This document shows, piece after piece, positions 53,865 through 64,000 of a stretch of DNA of 64,000 bases. The stretch is from Escherichia virus KFS-EC, in the sequence record MH560358. One strand, written 5' to 3'. The translations under genes and the position numbers were made by a program. Positions within the stretch are counted from its first letter, which is position 1. The number at the start of each line of letters is the position of its first letter. Below the pieces are notes generated by a model. That model was not told the origin of the DNA, did no database searches, and saw nothing but the letters and a program-made list of their open reading frames with translations.

Positions 53865-54383
53865 TTAGTAGCCGCGTTCTTGACGGGCGAAGTTTTCAGC
53901 ATTTTTCAGATAGTACAGCTTGAAGATATCCTTAGCGGTTAAACCTAAGCCCAGCATTTTAATCAGCACAAAATGCCAGATATCGATCAATTCCATCGAA
54001 ATTTCGGTTTTATCGTCATCTGACAGGTCAGCAAATTTACGCGATCGTGCTTCGCCGTGGTTTTTCTTCCACACTTTAGTAATTGCGCTTGCATCTTTGC
54101 CATTTGACATGCCACCCAGGGCAACATAAAGTTCTCGTGTCTCGTCGTCGATTGCGTCATCCCACAACTTCATCCAGTCAAGGATTTCTCCACAAGTTTC
54201 CAGCTTATCAGGATGCGGCACCCACTCAAATTTATCAGCTAGTGCGACCTGTAATCCTTTTTGCATATCTAACATTACTTGCAGCGGATCTTTGCCGCTA
54301 GTGATTGCCTCGGAATACGCAATACCAGCTTTAGACATAGTTTCATCATTAACAAGACCAGCACAAGAATTAAATTCACTCAT
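53865..54383 (-). CDS. 56: NTP pyrophosphatase, gp56 (dCTPase/dUTPase)-like
   Basis: 172 aa; position adjacent to gene 61; conserved C-terminal LYYLKNAENFARQERGY; start at internal ATG. Confidence 0.6.
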   Translation of the reverse strand: MSEFNSCAGLVNDETMSKAGIAYSEAITSGKDPLQVMLDMQKGLQVALADKFEWVPHPDKLETCGEILDWMKLWDDAIDDETRELYVALGGMSNGKDASAITKVWKKNHGEARSRKFADLSDDDKTEISMELIDIWHFVLIKMLGLGLTAKDIFKLYYLKNAENFARQERGY

Positions 54384-54393
54384 AATAAACCTC

Positions 54394-54957
54394 TCAAATA
54401 ACATTAAACACTGCAAATTCACCGTGATACTTATACGCATAGTCATTATATACTATTGCGGCGTCTATTTCTAGGTCAAATTGTCCTATATAGACTTTAT
54501 TTCCTTCATTGTCCCTTATCTGGGCGACCCATTTACCCGAACGACTATTATAATGCACTCCTTTAAAATTGCTAGTTTTAGTTTGGTTATTTCTTCTCAT
54601 ATTTTGGGTATTCTGTTTTTGTGTCGCCTCTCTTAAGTTTGGAGGGTCGTTGTTTTCTGGATTCCCGTCAATATGGTCAATGACAGGTGGGCAATACCCA
54701 TGCTCTAAGAAGAATACTATTCTATGCACAAGCTCAAAATATTGTTTTCCTTCAAAAGAAAACGAGACTTTTAGGTGTCCGGCTGTGACTTTAGATACCT
54801 TTACTATATCACCAACCTTATAAAACTGGCCTTCTTTCGTCGTTCGGCTTGCTTTGCTGTTTGTTTTATGAATCAATATACCACTTTCGTGTCTATATCT
54901 TCGACGTATTTCATCCTTTAGTTCATCGCTCCATTCTTTGGCTTTCCTTACCCTCAC
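54394..54957 (-). CDS. HNH homing endonuclease with C-terminal AP2-like domain
   Basis: HRIVFFLEHG...IDHIDGNPENNDPPNLREAT plus FKGVHY...WVAQI...IGQFDLEIDAAIVYN; paralog of 24511-25092. Confidence 0.7.
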   Translation of the reverse strand: MRVRKAKEWSDELKDEIRRRYRHESGILIHKTNSKASRTTKEGQFYKVGDIVKVSKVTAGHLKVSFSFEGKQYFELVHRIVFFLEHGYCPPVIDHIDGNPENNDPPNLREATQKQNTQNMRRNNQTKTSNFKGVHYNSRSGKWVAQIRDNEGNKVYIGQFDLEIDAAIVYNDYAYKYHGEFAVFNVI

Positions 54958-54974
54958 AATACAACCCTCATTAA

Positions 54975-56003
54975 TTAAAATTTACAATATTTCATAAACC
55001 GCATTTTAGCCATCAGACCTTGTACGGTGTTCTCTTTGATATATTCCATGATCTGGTCGCGTGTAGCGCCCTCGTCCTGAATCATGGCGTTAACGTCTTT
55101 AGAATGCCACGGGCAACGGTCCCACAATACAATCTTTTCCCCTGCATTGATAAACTTTTCCAGTCGGTGCATTGTATCGGCAGACCGTGGTTCCGCATCA
55201 AGTACAAACACTCGCTGGTCTGGGAAAGGGATTTCATCTAATCCCAAAGTACCGCCAGTAATTGCACACCCGTTATCAATAAACAATGAATCGATCGGAC
55301 CTTCTAAGAAATACACTGGTTTACTCGGATCGGCGCGTTCAAGACCATAGACCTTACTCGCTAACTCGTGAGTTTTAATCGTCATATATTTGGTCTTTCC
55401 GTAATCCTTTCTCAATGCTCGCCCCTGAATGGATTCTATCTTGTTCTCGCGGTTAAAGATAGGAATCACTAAACGTGGTTCAGGTTGTGGATTCTTGAAA
55501 GTATCAGCCTTAATGTGATTTGCTACCTTTTGCCATTCTCTCGTGAAATACAGAAGATCCCATTTATCGTGAGGGATGCAACGATCACTGACATACTTTA
55601 TTATAGGATGATTAGCCGGAAGAGTATCTAATCTCTCGCAGAAAGGCAATGTTTGCACTTTCTTAATCTCCGACTTTTCTACCTTTTTCAGTGGCTTGAA
55701 CGTGGTGTTCTTGTGGTCGCCTTGTTCCTTCCGTCGTTCCATAAGCCATTCCCTGAATAGGTCCGGCTTATACTGTTTGAGAAATTCACCTAACGGCTGA
55801 TTGTAGTTACAGTTGAAACAGCCGCAACGCAAACTATCCTTATAGGTATAGATACGGAATCGCGCTTGAGTATGATTTTTCTTTGAGTCACCGCAGATCG
55901 GACAACTACAGACCAGCGTAAATGAGCTAGTATGCAACCGTTTAAAATTTCGTTCGCCGTATATGGCTTTTTCCGCTATTTCATAATCTGCGTAGTAAAT
56001 CAT
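54975..56003 (-). CDS. 61: DNA primase
   Basis: Zinc ribbon CPICGDSKKN...CFNC plus TOPRIM region; 342 aa. Confidence 0.9.
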   Translation of the reverse strand: MIYYADYEIAEKAIYGERNFKRLHTSSFTLVCSCPICGDSKKNHTQARFRIYTYKDSLRCGCFNCNYNQPLGEFLKQYKPDLFREWLMERRKEQGDHKNTTFKPLKKVEKSEIKKVQTLPFCERLDTLPANHPIIKYVSDRCIPHDKWDLLYFTREWQKVANHIKADTFKNPQPEPRLVIPIFNRENKIESIQGRALRKDYGKTKYMTIKTHELASKVYGLERADPSKPVYFLEGPIDSLFIDNGCAITGGTLGLDEIPFPDQRVFVLDAEPRSADTMHRLEKFINAGEKIVLWDRCPWHSKDVNAMIQDEGATRDQIMEYIKENTVQGLMAKMRFMKYCKF

Positions 56004-56012
56004 AATAACCTC

Positions 56013-56216
56013 TTATAGCTCAAATTTCATGAAAGTTCCTACACTTTCATTTTCATTCTCTCCGTTTTCATCTAAGCCAAATTTGTAGACACTACCATCT
56101 GGCGATGTGTAAGAGAATACACGAAAACGGCCTACCGAATCAAGTTCTGTAAATTCATATTCTTTTCCGGCTTCAAAAAGTGCATATGTGCTTTTAAGAC
56201 ATTTCATCGTAATCAT
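56013..56216 (-). CDS. hypothetical small protein (67 aa)
   Basis: ORF track. Confidence 0.35.
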   Translation of the reverse strand: MITMKCLKSTYALFEAGKEYEFTELDSVGRFRVFSYTSPDGSVYKFGLDENGENENESVGTFMKFEL

Positions 56217-56536
56217 TTAAGCGCCACCGACAACAGAATGAGAACTACACCAACATACATTGTGATCTCGGATAACTTTTCTGTTTTTGTTTTGTGTCCA
56301 GATAATCCGAAAACAACAACACCGATAATAGCGGACAGCAAGCCAACGATAAACATGATGATACTAAGCACCGTCTTTCTCCTTTTTGCGTTTTTCTTTA
56401 CCCGCTACACTAGGTCCACGATTGGTAATAGATCCGCTCGTTTCACCTGCTGCGATCTTCTCAGGATTGCCGCCAGCATCGCCAGTGGTCATATCTTCTT
56501 TGAGTTTATTTTCTTCAACAAACTGTTTAAATCCAA

Positions 56537-56914
56537 TCATAGAATAATCTCTTTCAGTAAGTCAACAATCTGGTCTTTCGTCAGTTTATCCTGATTCTCT
56601 ACAATCTTGATAACACAAGCATTAACATCTTTTCGAGTCACGCGGGAGATCGTTTTAATACGATGAAACGGTTCGTAGAAATATACTGCTTCATTATAGA
56701 GCGCAGCAATTTTTCGACGCATTTGATCTTTATCTGACAAGAAAACAAGTGCTGTTTTATGACCTTCTACACCCGCCACGTTATATAGTTCAGCAACACC
56801 CCAGCGACCTTCCGGTTCAATCATTCCGGCGTGTTTACCGTCGATAAAAATAAGAATATCTCCGTTGAATGCGGTTTTGAATGCTACATCTTCCGGCGTA
56901 ATCATATTTTTCAT
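56537..56914 (-). CDS. hypothetical protein (125 aa)
   Basis: ORF track. Confidence 0.4.
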   Translation of the reverse strand: MKNMITPEDVAFKTAFNGDILIFIDGKHAGMIEPEGRWGVAELYNVAGVEGHKTALVFLSDKDQMRRKIAALYNEAVYFYEPFHRIKTISRVTRKDVNACVIKIVENQDKLTKDQIVDLLKEIIL

Positions 56915-56944
56915 AATATAGTCTCCTTAGAGTTTCATTATAGA

Positions 56945-57580
56945 TCAAGCGAATGTAGAAAGCAAATGTTTTGTTTCTTTCAGTTGTCGTTCAAGATCTT
57001 TGCGTTTCTCTTTAAGTTGCATTTTAGCATTATTTCGCTGTTTTTCAACATCTTTATCAATACTCTTATTCCAGTTATCAATATCAGAATAAGTTGGCAT
57101 ACCCAATTCTAGACCTAATGCGGTTGGATACAAGGTAACAGTCCATAAACCGCTAATCTTCTTAAATAGGTCGGGGTGTAGTGTACTATCTACATCTTCC
57201 GGTGTCAACTCTTTTTCTTCTTTCAGTGGTGGGATCTCGTCATATGGTTCCAGTGCATTTACTTTAATGTCAGATACCTCATCAAAGAATCCGCGTACAT
57301 CCGCAGGAAATACACAAGCAATTTCCCAACCGTGATCACGCAGAGAAGTAATATTTTTCACTCCCCCACCATGTGTGATGATTGATGTGACATTGCCATC
57401 AAGGTCCACCGAATTTACGAGAAATGGCTTATCGTCTGTCAGATCATTATAAAACTGTGCTTCGGCTGTAGTCATCTCCAGAAACAGATCTCGGATCGGA
57501 CGACCATCAGGTGCGTTACCTTCCTTGAGAGTATAAAAGCGACTTACGATCCATTTTGGCGGTAAAGCATTAGCGATCAT
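56945..57580 (-). CDS. hypothetical protein (211 aa)
   Basis: ORF track; SD AGGAGA upstream. Confidence 0.45.
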   Translation of the reverse strand: MIANALPPKWIVSRFYTLKEGNAPDGRPIRDLFLEMTTAEAQFYNDLTDDKPFLVNSVDLDGNVTSIITHGGGVKNITSLRDHGWEIACVFPADVRGFFDEVSDIKVNALEPYDEIPPLKEEKELTPEDVDSTLHPDLFKKISGLWTVTLYPTALGLELGMPTYSDIDNWNKSIDKDVEKQRNNAKMQLKEKRKDLERQLKETKHLLSTFA

Positions 57581-57630
57581 GTTATATCTCCTATCAAATC
57601 ATTCACCAGCGCCCCGCAGGGCGCATTTTA

Positions 57631-59043
57631 TTAGAAAGTCATGTTATTTGCTAGCTCGTCGAGTTTTTCTCGTTTCTCGGCTTGCTGTGCGCTTTGTGGT
57701 TTAACCTGTGCATTCTCCTGATCTGCGATCTGGTTTGGGACTTCATACCAACGCTGATTGCCTTTTTTCACACCAACGTTAAACCGTGAATAATAGTTCT
57801 TATCACCGTAACGAGACTTGATCTGCTTCATGAGTTGGACGCCCATTTTAGCCAGGTCTTCGGTTTCGATAACACCCAACATAAAGTCGGCAGTAGCCGG
57901 AAGACCTGCCGATTCAGCGGTATCACTCATGTTAAGGTCGGAAGCATCCCAACCCGCGCGGGTAGTCTGTGCCGCAGTCCAACCAACAACATCCCACTTA
58001 ACAAAAAATCCTCGCAGTTCTTCCGCAATCGCCTTAACTAGTGTGTAACTATTTTCAGAGTATACACGCAAGCGAGACGATGCGCAAATCCCAAGATAGT
58101 CAACAATCACAACATCAGGTTTAAACTGTTTCTTGAGTCGCAATTCATTCATTAACGCCTCAAAGTGATTGGAGTTCGCGCCACCAGTCGGATACTGCTT
58201 GATCATCAATTTTCCAACCGGACGATCTCCGTTCTTCTTATTCTTAACCCGCTTCATACGTGCGGAATATTCCGCAAAAGAAACATTACCATTATCCAAT
58301 TCATCTAATGTAATGTCAAGCAAGTTTGCGTCAATACGTTTGGCTACGACATGCTCTGCCATCTCCATTGAGATATACAATACATCATAACCACATTCCA
58401 TATAATCCGCAGCAAGAGAACACAGTCCAAGCGATTTGCCAACGTTTACACCAGCAAGCAACACATTTAGCGTTTTTCTTTCCGCCCCTCCTTTCGTGAT
58501 TTTATTCAACATCGGCAGCTTAAATGGGATCTTATTCGCCTTAGTCTGATATAACAGGAATCGTTTTTCAAAGTCATTAAACCAGTCATGACCTACATCA
58601 GAATCAAACGTAATGGATAGTGCTTCCTGCATAATTTCAGGAATAGCGCCCTCACTAGGCAATTTCTTATTCTGTTTCTCTTTTGGTAGTTGTGCGTTCG
58701 CCTGAATCTCTAGCGCCCGTGACATTGCATTGTACATAGCACGGTCACGAATAAATTTTTCGGTTTCCTTCATTAACCAATCAAGGTCTTCCGGTGTATT
58801 CTCCAGCGAATCGAGAAGAGTTTTAGCCCCTTCATATGTTGTCTGATTGCCTCTCTCCTTGTCTAAAGCAATCTGTAATGCAGTTGGCGTAGGAATATTG
58901 GAATATTCGTCTACGTGCTTTTTAATCAGCTTATAAATCAGTTTTTCTTCGTCTTCGGTGAAGTAGTCCGCTTTAAGGTGAGGCCATACATTCGTAAAGA
59001 ATGCGCCATTGTAAATCAACTGTGAAAAGATAGTTTTAATCAT
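57631..59043 (-). CDS. 41: replicative DNA helicase (DnaB-like)
   Basis: Walker A GVNVGKS; 470 aa. Confidence 0.95.
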   Translation of the reverse strand: MIKTIFSQLIYNGAFFTNVWPHLKADYFTEDEEKLIYKLIKKHVDEYSNIPTPTALQIALDKERGNQTTYEGAKTLLDSLENTPEDLDWLMKETEKFIRDRAMYNAMSRALEIQANAQLPKEKQNKKLPSEGAIPEIMQEALSITFDSDVGHDWFNDFEKRFLLYQTKANKIPFKLPMLNKITKGGAERKTLNVLLAGVNVGKSLGLCSLAADYMECGYDVLYISMEMAEHVVAKRIDANLLDITLDELDNGNVSFAEYSARMKRVKNKKNGDRPVGKLMIKQYPTGGANSNHFEALMNELRLKKQFKPDVVIVDYLGICASSRLRVYSENSYTLVKAIAEELRGFFVKWDVVGWTAAQTTRAGWDASDLNMSDTAESAGLPATADFMLGVIETEDLAKMGVQLMKQIKSRYGDKNYYSRFNVGVKKGNQRWYEVPNQIADQENAQVKPQSAQQAEKREKLDELANNMTF

Positions 59044-59357
59044 ACGTAGCCCCCAACTACACGCATAACAAAGGTCTTGAGTTTATACCAGAAAGTTTCT
59101 TTTTTCAACTTTTCTTCTGCTTCTTTGATCTGCGCGGTTAACGCCTTAATGACGTGTGGATATACCACATCACGATCTGACGGCGTGGAGTAGTCGACCA
59201 CAATACCTTTAGTGTCTGGATCGTATTCAACATTATGAATATAGACAATATGATGTTCTCCCTCTTCATCAACAATTATCAGTTCCTGAATAACTGTCTT
59301 CATTGCTTCTTGAATCAAGCTGTGTGCTTCTTCTAAACTTGTTGGTTTCTTATCCAT
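59040..59357 (-). CDS. hypothetical protein at the gene 40 position
   Basis: 105 aa between uvsX and 41; assignment by position only. Confidence 0.35.
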   Translation of the reverse strand: MDKKPTSLEEAHSLIQEAMKTVIQELIIVDEEGEHHIVYIHNVEYDPDTKGIVVDYSTPSDRDVVYPHVIKALTAQIKEAEEKLKKETFWYKLKTFVMRVVGGYV

Positions 59358-59398
59358 AATATAATCCTCTCAGTCAAAATATCATTTTACTACTTTAA

Positions 59399-60148
59399 TT
59401 ATTCTATGTCAACAAATTTCCAATTTGGAAAGTCTGGACTCATACAACGACGCCGAACGGTTCCGCGCTCGTTTCCTAGTACCTTAGATACTTCCGATAC
59501 AGATTTATAAATCACACCATCAACAAATACAGCCTTTCGGTCTTTCCTGTTTTGGTTTTTGCTCTTTTCTCTTCTGGCTTCTACGTTATCCGAATCATTC
59601 CATTGTCTCTTTGCTGTCTCTCTGGAAGATATTGCCTTTTGTTCTTTAACAATATCTTTAACGAGTTGTTCTTGTCCTGTTATCTTCGCCCACACATTAA
59701 CAGACTGGATAGCATTAGCCTCACTCATTCCCCAGCGTTTGCCGGATATATTCTTACGACGCACGCGTAGAAATTCGTTAAAGACTTCTTCGCATTGGTG
59801 CATATAATCACGAAATCCATATTTCTTAGCCCATGCCTCTTTAATTGCATCAGACATATTTTCGGCAATACGTCTACGCATCCATGCATACTCCTTATTA
59901 TTGCGACCGTGACTGGTCATGCACATCATACGCGAAGCCATAATAAGACCCACATGTTTAGGATACATTTTAGCTAAAAGTAGATGTGCTGTAAAGTGTT
60001 CCTCTGGAGTCAATGGAACGAGATTTTCGTGGTCATCGGTTCCACCCATACAACGTGGTTTAACGTGATGGATCTCTACATATCCGGTCGGCTTCTCGCG
60101 GGTTCTTGCTCGTTCAATCAATTTTTCGTAATGTGCTTTGTAGTTCAT
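59399..60148 (-). CDS. HNH homing endonuclease
   Basis: EIHHVKPRCMGGTDDHENLVPLTPEEH motif; start at internal ATG with SD GGAGGA. Confidence 0.7.
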   Translation of the reverse strand: MNYKAHYEKLIERARTREKPTGYVEIHHVKPRCMGGTDDHENLVPLTPEEHFTAHLLLAKMYPKHVGLIMASRMMCMTSHGRNNKEYAWMRRRIAENMSDAIKEAWAKKYGFRDYMHQCEEVFNEFLRVRRKNISGKRWGMSEANAIQSVNVWAKITGQEQLVKDIVKEQKAISSRETAKRQWNDSDNVEARREKSKNQNRKDRKAVFVDGVIYKSVSEVSKVLGNERGTVRRRCMSPDFPNWKFVDIE

Positions 60149-60161
60149 GTGATCCTCCATA

Positions 60162-60185
60162 TGAAAAAGGGGCATAACGCCCCTT
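60162..60185 (-). terminator. rho-independent terminator (AAGGGGCGTTATGCCCCTT plus TTTTCAT) after uvsX
   Basis: Between uvsX stop and the HNH gene start on minus strand. Confidence 0.5.
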
Positions 60186-60199
60186 AACTGTCACTGATA

Positions 60200-61270
60200 T
60201 TATGCTAACATATCTTCGATTTCTTTGTCAACTGCTTCGTCGCTGATAATCTGGCCTAACTGATAATGATCGTTGATTGCTTTCTGGAAGTGCTCATTGG
60301 TCAGTAGAGGTTTCCAGAACTCCACACTGTCAGTGTCTTTTGCACGCACCTTGCGGTCTTCAACTTCCATTTCTCCGGTCTCCTCGTTAAGAATAGCGCG
60401 AGAATACCAGCCATTTGATGGTTTAACTACCCAACCCAACTCCACCGCAAGATCCAGCAATCCAGAATAAGGATCGATGCCACCACTAAACGTTACGCTA
60501 ATCGGGAACTTTGATCCCTCTCTAACCGTTCGTGATTTCTCGGCTTTCAGAATAAAGTCATAACCCGTAACCTCGGTTCCTTCTTTCTGCTGGCGACGCC
60601 CAATGATGAAAATTTCATTGGAAGAGTAAACGCCACCAGTACCGCCACCCATGATATCTTTCGGGTAAAGATCCATTGAGCTATAAACGTGGTTAATCGC
60701 AATGCACGGAATATCATTCATGGTCAGATACGGCGTAATCATACGGAACAAGCCTTTAAGTGCTTTAGCTCTCGTCATATCCTGCGCCGATTTCTCATTA
60801 ATCGCGTCTTCAACTTCTTTTTTACTTGCCAAGTTACCGATTGAGTCAATAAAGATGATCACTTTATCTTCACGGGTAATTTGCTCAAGCTGGTTCATGA
60901 TCTCAAATTTAAGTTCTTCGATGTTCTTGATTGGAACGTGCACCACTCGATCAGGATCTACACCCATAGATGACAGATACGCGGAAGTAATGCCAAATTC
61001 TGAATCAAAGAACAAACAAGCCGCATCTGGATTCTGTTTCATGTATGCACTAACACAAGTTAATCCCATGTTTGATTTAAAGTGCTTAGACGGACCAGCA
61101 AAGAAAATCAGACCAGATTGAAAGCCTTTTTTAAGATCACCAGAAAACGCAATATTCAGCATCGGGTTCTTAGTGCGAGTATTTGTTTTTTCGTTAAAGA
61201 AGCTGGATTTAGACAGTACCGCAGTAGTTTTCAGGGTAGAGTTCTTTTTCAGTTTTTCCAGTACAGACAT
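60200..61270 (-). CDS. uvsX: RecA-like recombinase
   Basis: Walker A AGPSKHFKS; 356 aa. Confidence 0.95.
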   Translation of the reverse strand: MSVLEKLKKNSTLKTTAVLSKSSFFNEKTNTRTKNPMLNIAFSGDLKKGFQSGLIFFAGPSKHFKSNMGLTCVSAYMKQNPDAACLFFDSEFGITSAYLSSMGVDPDRVVHVPIKNIEELKFEIMNQLEQITREDKVIIFIDSIGNLASKKEVEDAINEKSAQDMTRAKALKGLFRMITPYLTMNDIPCIAINHVYSSMDLYPKDIMGGGTGGVYSSNEIFIIGRRQQKEGTEVTGYDFILKAEKSRTVREGSKFPISVTFSGGIDPYSGLLDLAVELGWVVKPSNGWYSRAILNEETGEMEVEDRKVRAKDTDSVEFWKPLLTNEHFQKAINDHYQLGQIISDEAVDKEIEDMLA

Positions 61271-61281
61271 TATTAATACCT

Positions 61282-61470
61282 CTATTCAGTTAATCCGTAA
61301 TACTTTAATTGCTTCATTGTTATTCGATCTTTGTAGTGCTCTTGAATTAACTTTTTCATCACATCAACATCGATCGTCACAAATACTTCGTTGCTGTGAT
61401 TTCCGTGAACTTTCTTGAAATGCTCTATGCCTTCCTCACGTTCACGTTTAATCTTTTCAATGTCTCTCAT
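61282..61470 (-). CDS. hypothetical small protein (62 aa)
   Basis: ORF-track frame; start at internal ATG; only gene between 43 and uvsX. Confidence 0.35.
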   Translation of the reverse strand: MRDIEKIKREREEGIEHFKKVHGNHSNEVFVTIDVDVMKKLIQEHYKDRITMKQLKYYGLTE

Positions 61471-61531
61471 AATATATTTCTCACATTGGCGGGTATCGTA
61501 ACCCAACACCCGCCATTATACACACTTTATC

Positions 61532-64000
61532 TTAAATGTCAAACAGGTCCGTAAGCGATGCCACCTTTTCATATTGCAGCTTTGCAGCCGTGGTAATGTT
61601 CTCCAGTGGTTTGACGAAAGTCTTATTAAACAACAAAGGCCAGTCCAACCACTTCAACACCTCTGATTCAATTTCTGGAGGAATACGAGTACCAGACAAC
61701 CAACCAAAACAGATTTCTCCAAACGGATTTCGATCTTTAAGCGGTACAATCATAACCTTCTCGCCTTCACGAATCGGATCTAGTCCGAATTTTCGAGCAT
61801 TACGATTATAACACAATACACTCTTAACCGCATACGGACAACCCTTAATCGGATACCCGTTTGAATCGCTGTATTTCTGTAGGTTGTTTGCAGATGATAC
61901 CGCAGCAACATCAAGATAGTCAAGTTTTCTAAATTCTTGCTCAAAAATACCGTAGTATTCCTGCAATGACTCTTCACCTTCCTGCAACATACGGCGAATA
62001 CATTCTTTCAGTGATTTCTGACATGCTTTAGGGGTGGAGCTACGTTGCGTTTCCAAGCCCATGATTTTTAGCTTAGGTTCAGCAAAGCGCGTTCCTTCCA
62101 TATCCCAAACATTAAGAGCATAACGCTTTTTGCCAGTCCAGAATCCACCGATACCCGCAGATTTCAACGGAGGACCAGCAATTGCCTCACGGTCCATAAA
62201 CATCAAGTGCTCATAGTTATTCATGTACTCGCATAACTCGCGATATCCCTTGTCGATAATAGGTTCCATCCGATGTTTACCGAAATTATCAAGGAAGTCA
62301 ACAAGTTTTTCGGTATCGTCGAAACGATCTTCCCCGCCAACCTTATCAACAACATTGTTAACCAGCACATAAACGGAGTCAGTATCACAATAACGAACAT
62401 ATGCAAAATCGGTTGTTCCGCAAAGCTCGTTTAAGTATTCGTTAATCTTACGCTCAATCCACTGAATTGCAAGCTGACCAAACAAGGTGATCGCACTAGC
62501 GTTACGGAGATCATAAAAACGGAATTTAGGATTCCCCAACGCACCATAAAGGGAGTTGATCAAAACTTTTCGAGAAAGCTGGTTTGTATTGCACAAGATC
62601 GACTCGTCTTTACATTCTTCCAGCAATTTCTCTAAGGCATCTTTACTTAATTCAGAAAGCATCGATTTAAACGCTTCATCAAAGTCGTGACGCACTTCAA
62701 CGCTATAGCTAATGGTTCCCCCATAAACATGATTTTCATCGTGTAGAATCGCTTTACAGAGTTCAGCATTGCGATCACATGCCAGCATCATATTTTTGTA
62801 CTGCTTGCGCTGGTCGAATACCTTTTTAATCTCAATCGGTACGATACCATGAATATCTTTTCGATACATCCACCCGTTAGGCGAGCAAGAATACTCATCG
62901 CTCGGACGCGGGGCAGTTTTATTGATATACTCGTGCATCGGTGCAGCATCAAAAGATCCAGCGATTGTTTCCGGCGAAATGTTAACCTGACGGATGATTG
63001 ATGGATACAGACTTGTTAAGTCAAAGCTCATCATCCAGCGATAAGCATTAGGTACAGGTTCTTTTACAAAAGCACCTGGATAAGTCTGCTTAGGCTGTAT
63101 CTTGTTCTCCGGTACTACTTTACCCTCAGCTTTCAGAGATCCGAAAATAATAGCATCCCATACTTTCATCGGGTTATAAACATGGTTAAATTTAATCTTT
63201 GCATAGAAACATAGGCTATACACCAGATCGATAAATCCGCGCTTTTTATCAATCGCCAGCACACGATCAACGTCGCCGATGTTATAATCGATGTAAAGTT
63301 GATGGTTGTCATCACGCAATTTCTTTAACGGACCGTCATAATCAACCTTACCGATTCCTGTCTCATATTCAGCAACATAATCTAATGCATATGTTGGTTG
63401 AGTCGTAAAGCTAAATTTCTTGTACAGGTCAATATAATCAAGGCTTTCGATCCCCATGATCGTAAATGCTTCACGCTCGTTGCCAAAATCATCCTGTGAG
63501 ATTCGGGATTTAATCTTACCGCACGGGCTTAGACGGGTAGCGGTTCTACTTCCGAACTTATTACTGATACGCTTAATGATATATGGAATATCGAATGTTT
63601 CTGTGTTCCAGCCAGTGAAACCAACTGGTCGGTTTTCCTCAAAGAATCGGATGTATTCTAACAGCAATTCATCTTCTGTATCATAGACATTATAAACAAC
63701 GCGCTCTACAATATCTGGACGAAGAATGGATTTGCTTGCTTCCCAAGATTCACCGTTTTTTCCTTTCAAGTCAAATACAAAGAAACGATCATGTACGGAA
63801 TCATAATGCGTAATTGCATCGATAGGATATTTCGCTTCTTCTGGTTTAGGAAATTCCGGTGCAGTGACCTCAATATCAACCCAGGATACACGGATTTTAT
63901 TTCGGTCATATCGAATCTCACCTTTATATGTATCGGACAGATAGGAGATGATAAAATCATCCATCCCTAGTGCCTCCTGCCCCATTTCTCCCATCTTTTT
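61532..64000 (-). CDS. 43: family B DNA polymerase (partial; N-terminus beyond window end)
   Basis: Exo motif VDIEVT, pol motifs SFDLTSLYPSII, KVLINSLYG, VRYCDTDSVYV; frame remains open to position 64000. Confidence 0.95.
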   Translation of the reverse strand, partial: KKMGEMGQEALGMDDFIISYLSDTYKGEIRYDRNKIRVSWVDIEVTAPEFPKPEEAKYPIDAITHYDSVHDRFFVFDLKGKNGESWEASKSILRPDIVERVVYNVYDTEDELLLEYIRFFEENRPVGFTGWNTETFDIPYIIKRISNKFGSRTATRLSPCGKIKSRISQDDFGNEREAFTIMGIESLDYIDLYKKFSFTTQPTYALDYVAEYETGIGKVDYDGPLKKLRDDNHQLYIDYNIGDVDRVLAIDKKRGFIDLVYSLCFYAKIKFNHVYNPMKVWDAIIFGSLKAEGKVVPENKIQPKQTYPGAFVKEPVPNAYRWMMSFDLTSLYPSIIRQVNISPETIAGSFDAAPMHEYINKTAPRPSDEYSCSPNGWMYRKDIHGIVPIEIKKVFDQRKQYKNMMLACDRNAELCKAILHDENHVYGGTISYSVEVRHDFDEAFKSMLSELSKDALEKLLEECKDESILCNTNQLSRKVLINSLYGALGNPKFRFYDLRNASAITLFGQLAIQWIERKINEYLNELCGTTDFAYVRYCDTDSVYVLVNNVVDKVGGEDRFDDTEKLVDFLDNFGKHRMEPIIDKGYRELCEYMNNYEHLMFMDREAIAGPPLKSAGIGGFWTGKKRYALNVWDMEGTRFAEPKLKIMGLETQRSSTPKACQKSLKECIRRMLQEGEESLQEYYGIFEQEFRKLDYLDVAAVSSANNLQKYSDSNGYPIKGCPYAVKSVLCYNRNARKFGLDPIREGEKVMIVPLKDRNPFGEICFGWLSGTRIPPEIESEVLKWLDWPLLFNKTFVKPLENITTAAKLQYEKVASLTDLFDI

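Noticed and set aside
56945-57580. Macro-domain or ADP-ribosyltransferase call for the 211-aa ORF (HGGGV stretch)
   Set aside because: Only a short glycine motif matches; the NAAN-type and catalytic motifs are not evident, so it is left as hypothetical.

Overview
This window reads as a segment of a T4-like (T-even-type) myovirus genome, about 40% GC and densely coded. Calls rest on protein motifs visible in the six-frame translation plus T4-like gene order; no database search was run, and some ORF-track N-termini start at TTG/GTG and read through upstream promoters, so several starts are re-assigned to an internal ATG with a Shine-Dalgarno. Coordinates I derived by hand (promoters, hairpins, ORFs absent from the track) may be off by 1-2 nt.

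Minus strand, transcribed from high to low coordinates, carries the early/replication genes: 43 (partial, N-terminus beyond the window end), uvsX, 41, 61, a 56-like NTP pyrophosphatase, dda, dexA, a single-ORF topoisomerase subunit (39 and 60 fused), rIIA, rIIB, 52, then later rnh, dsbA, 33, 59, 32, frd, td, nrdA, nrdB, rnlA, pseT, cd, 31 and DNA ligase. Plus strand 25127-36018 carries a late module: tail-fibre genes 34-35-36-37, two small ORFs and holin t.

About 19 small minus-strand genes are each preceded by a near-consensus sigma70-type promoter (TTGAC[A/G]-N16-18-TATAAT-like), many of them with a short palindromic stem-loop in the spacer or leader, and by a conserved leader ending GGAGAATCAAA-ATG. 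This looks like the mobile promoter/stem-loop cassettes reported for some T4-type phages; that attribution is from memory.

The most interesting accessory content is:
- a five-copy small-protein family at 1-2675;
- a NADAR-domain protein overlapping the ligase start;
- a signal-peptide protein with a DUF1311/LprI-like domain;
- a CYTH-like protein between dsbA and rnh;
- a thymidylate synthase with a ~115-aa insertion and VCH in place of the usual PCH;
- six free-standing homing-endonuclease genes (five HNH-family, one GIY-YIG-like);
- gp37 ending in a chaperone-like C-terminal domain.

No dCMP hydroxymethylase or glucosyltransferase lies between 43 and uvsX, and no recognisable motA/asiA lies between t and 52. 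No tRNA, rRNA or CRISPR array was recognised.
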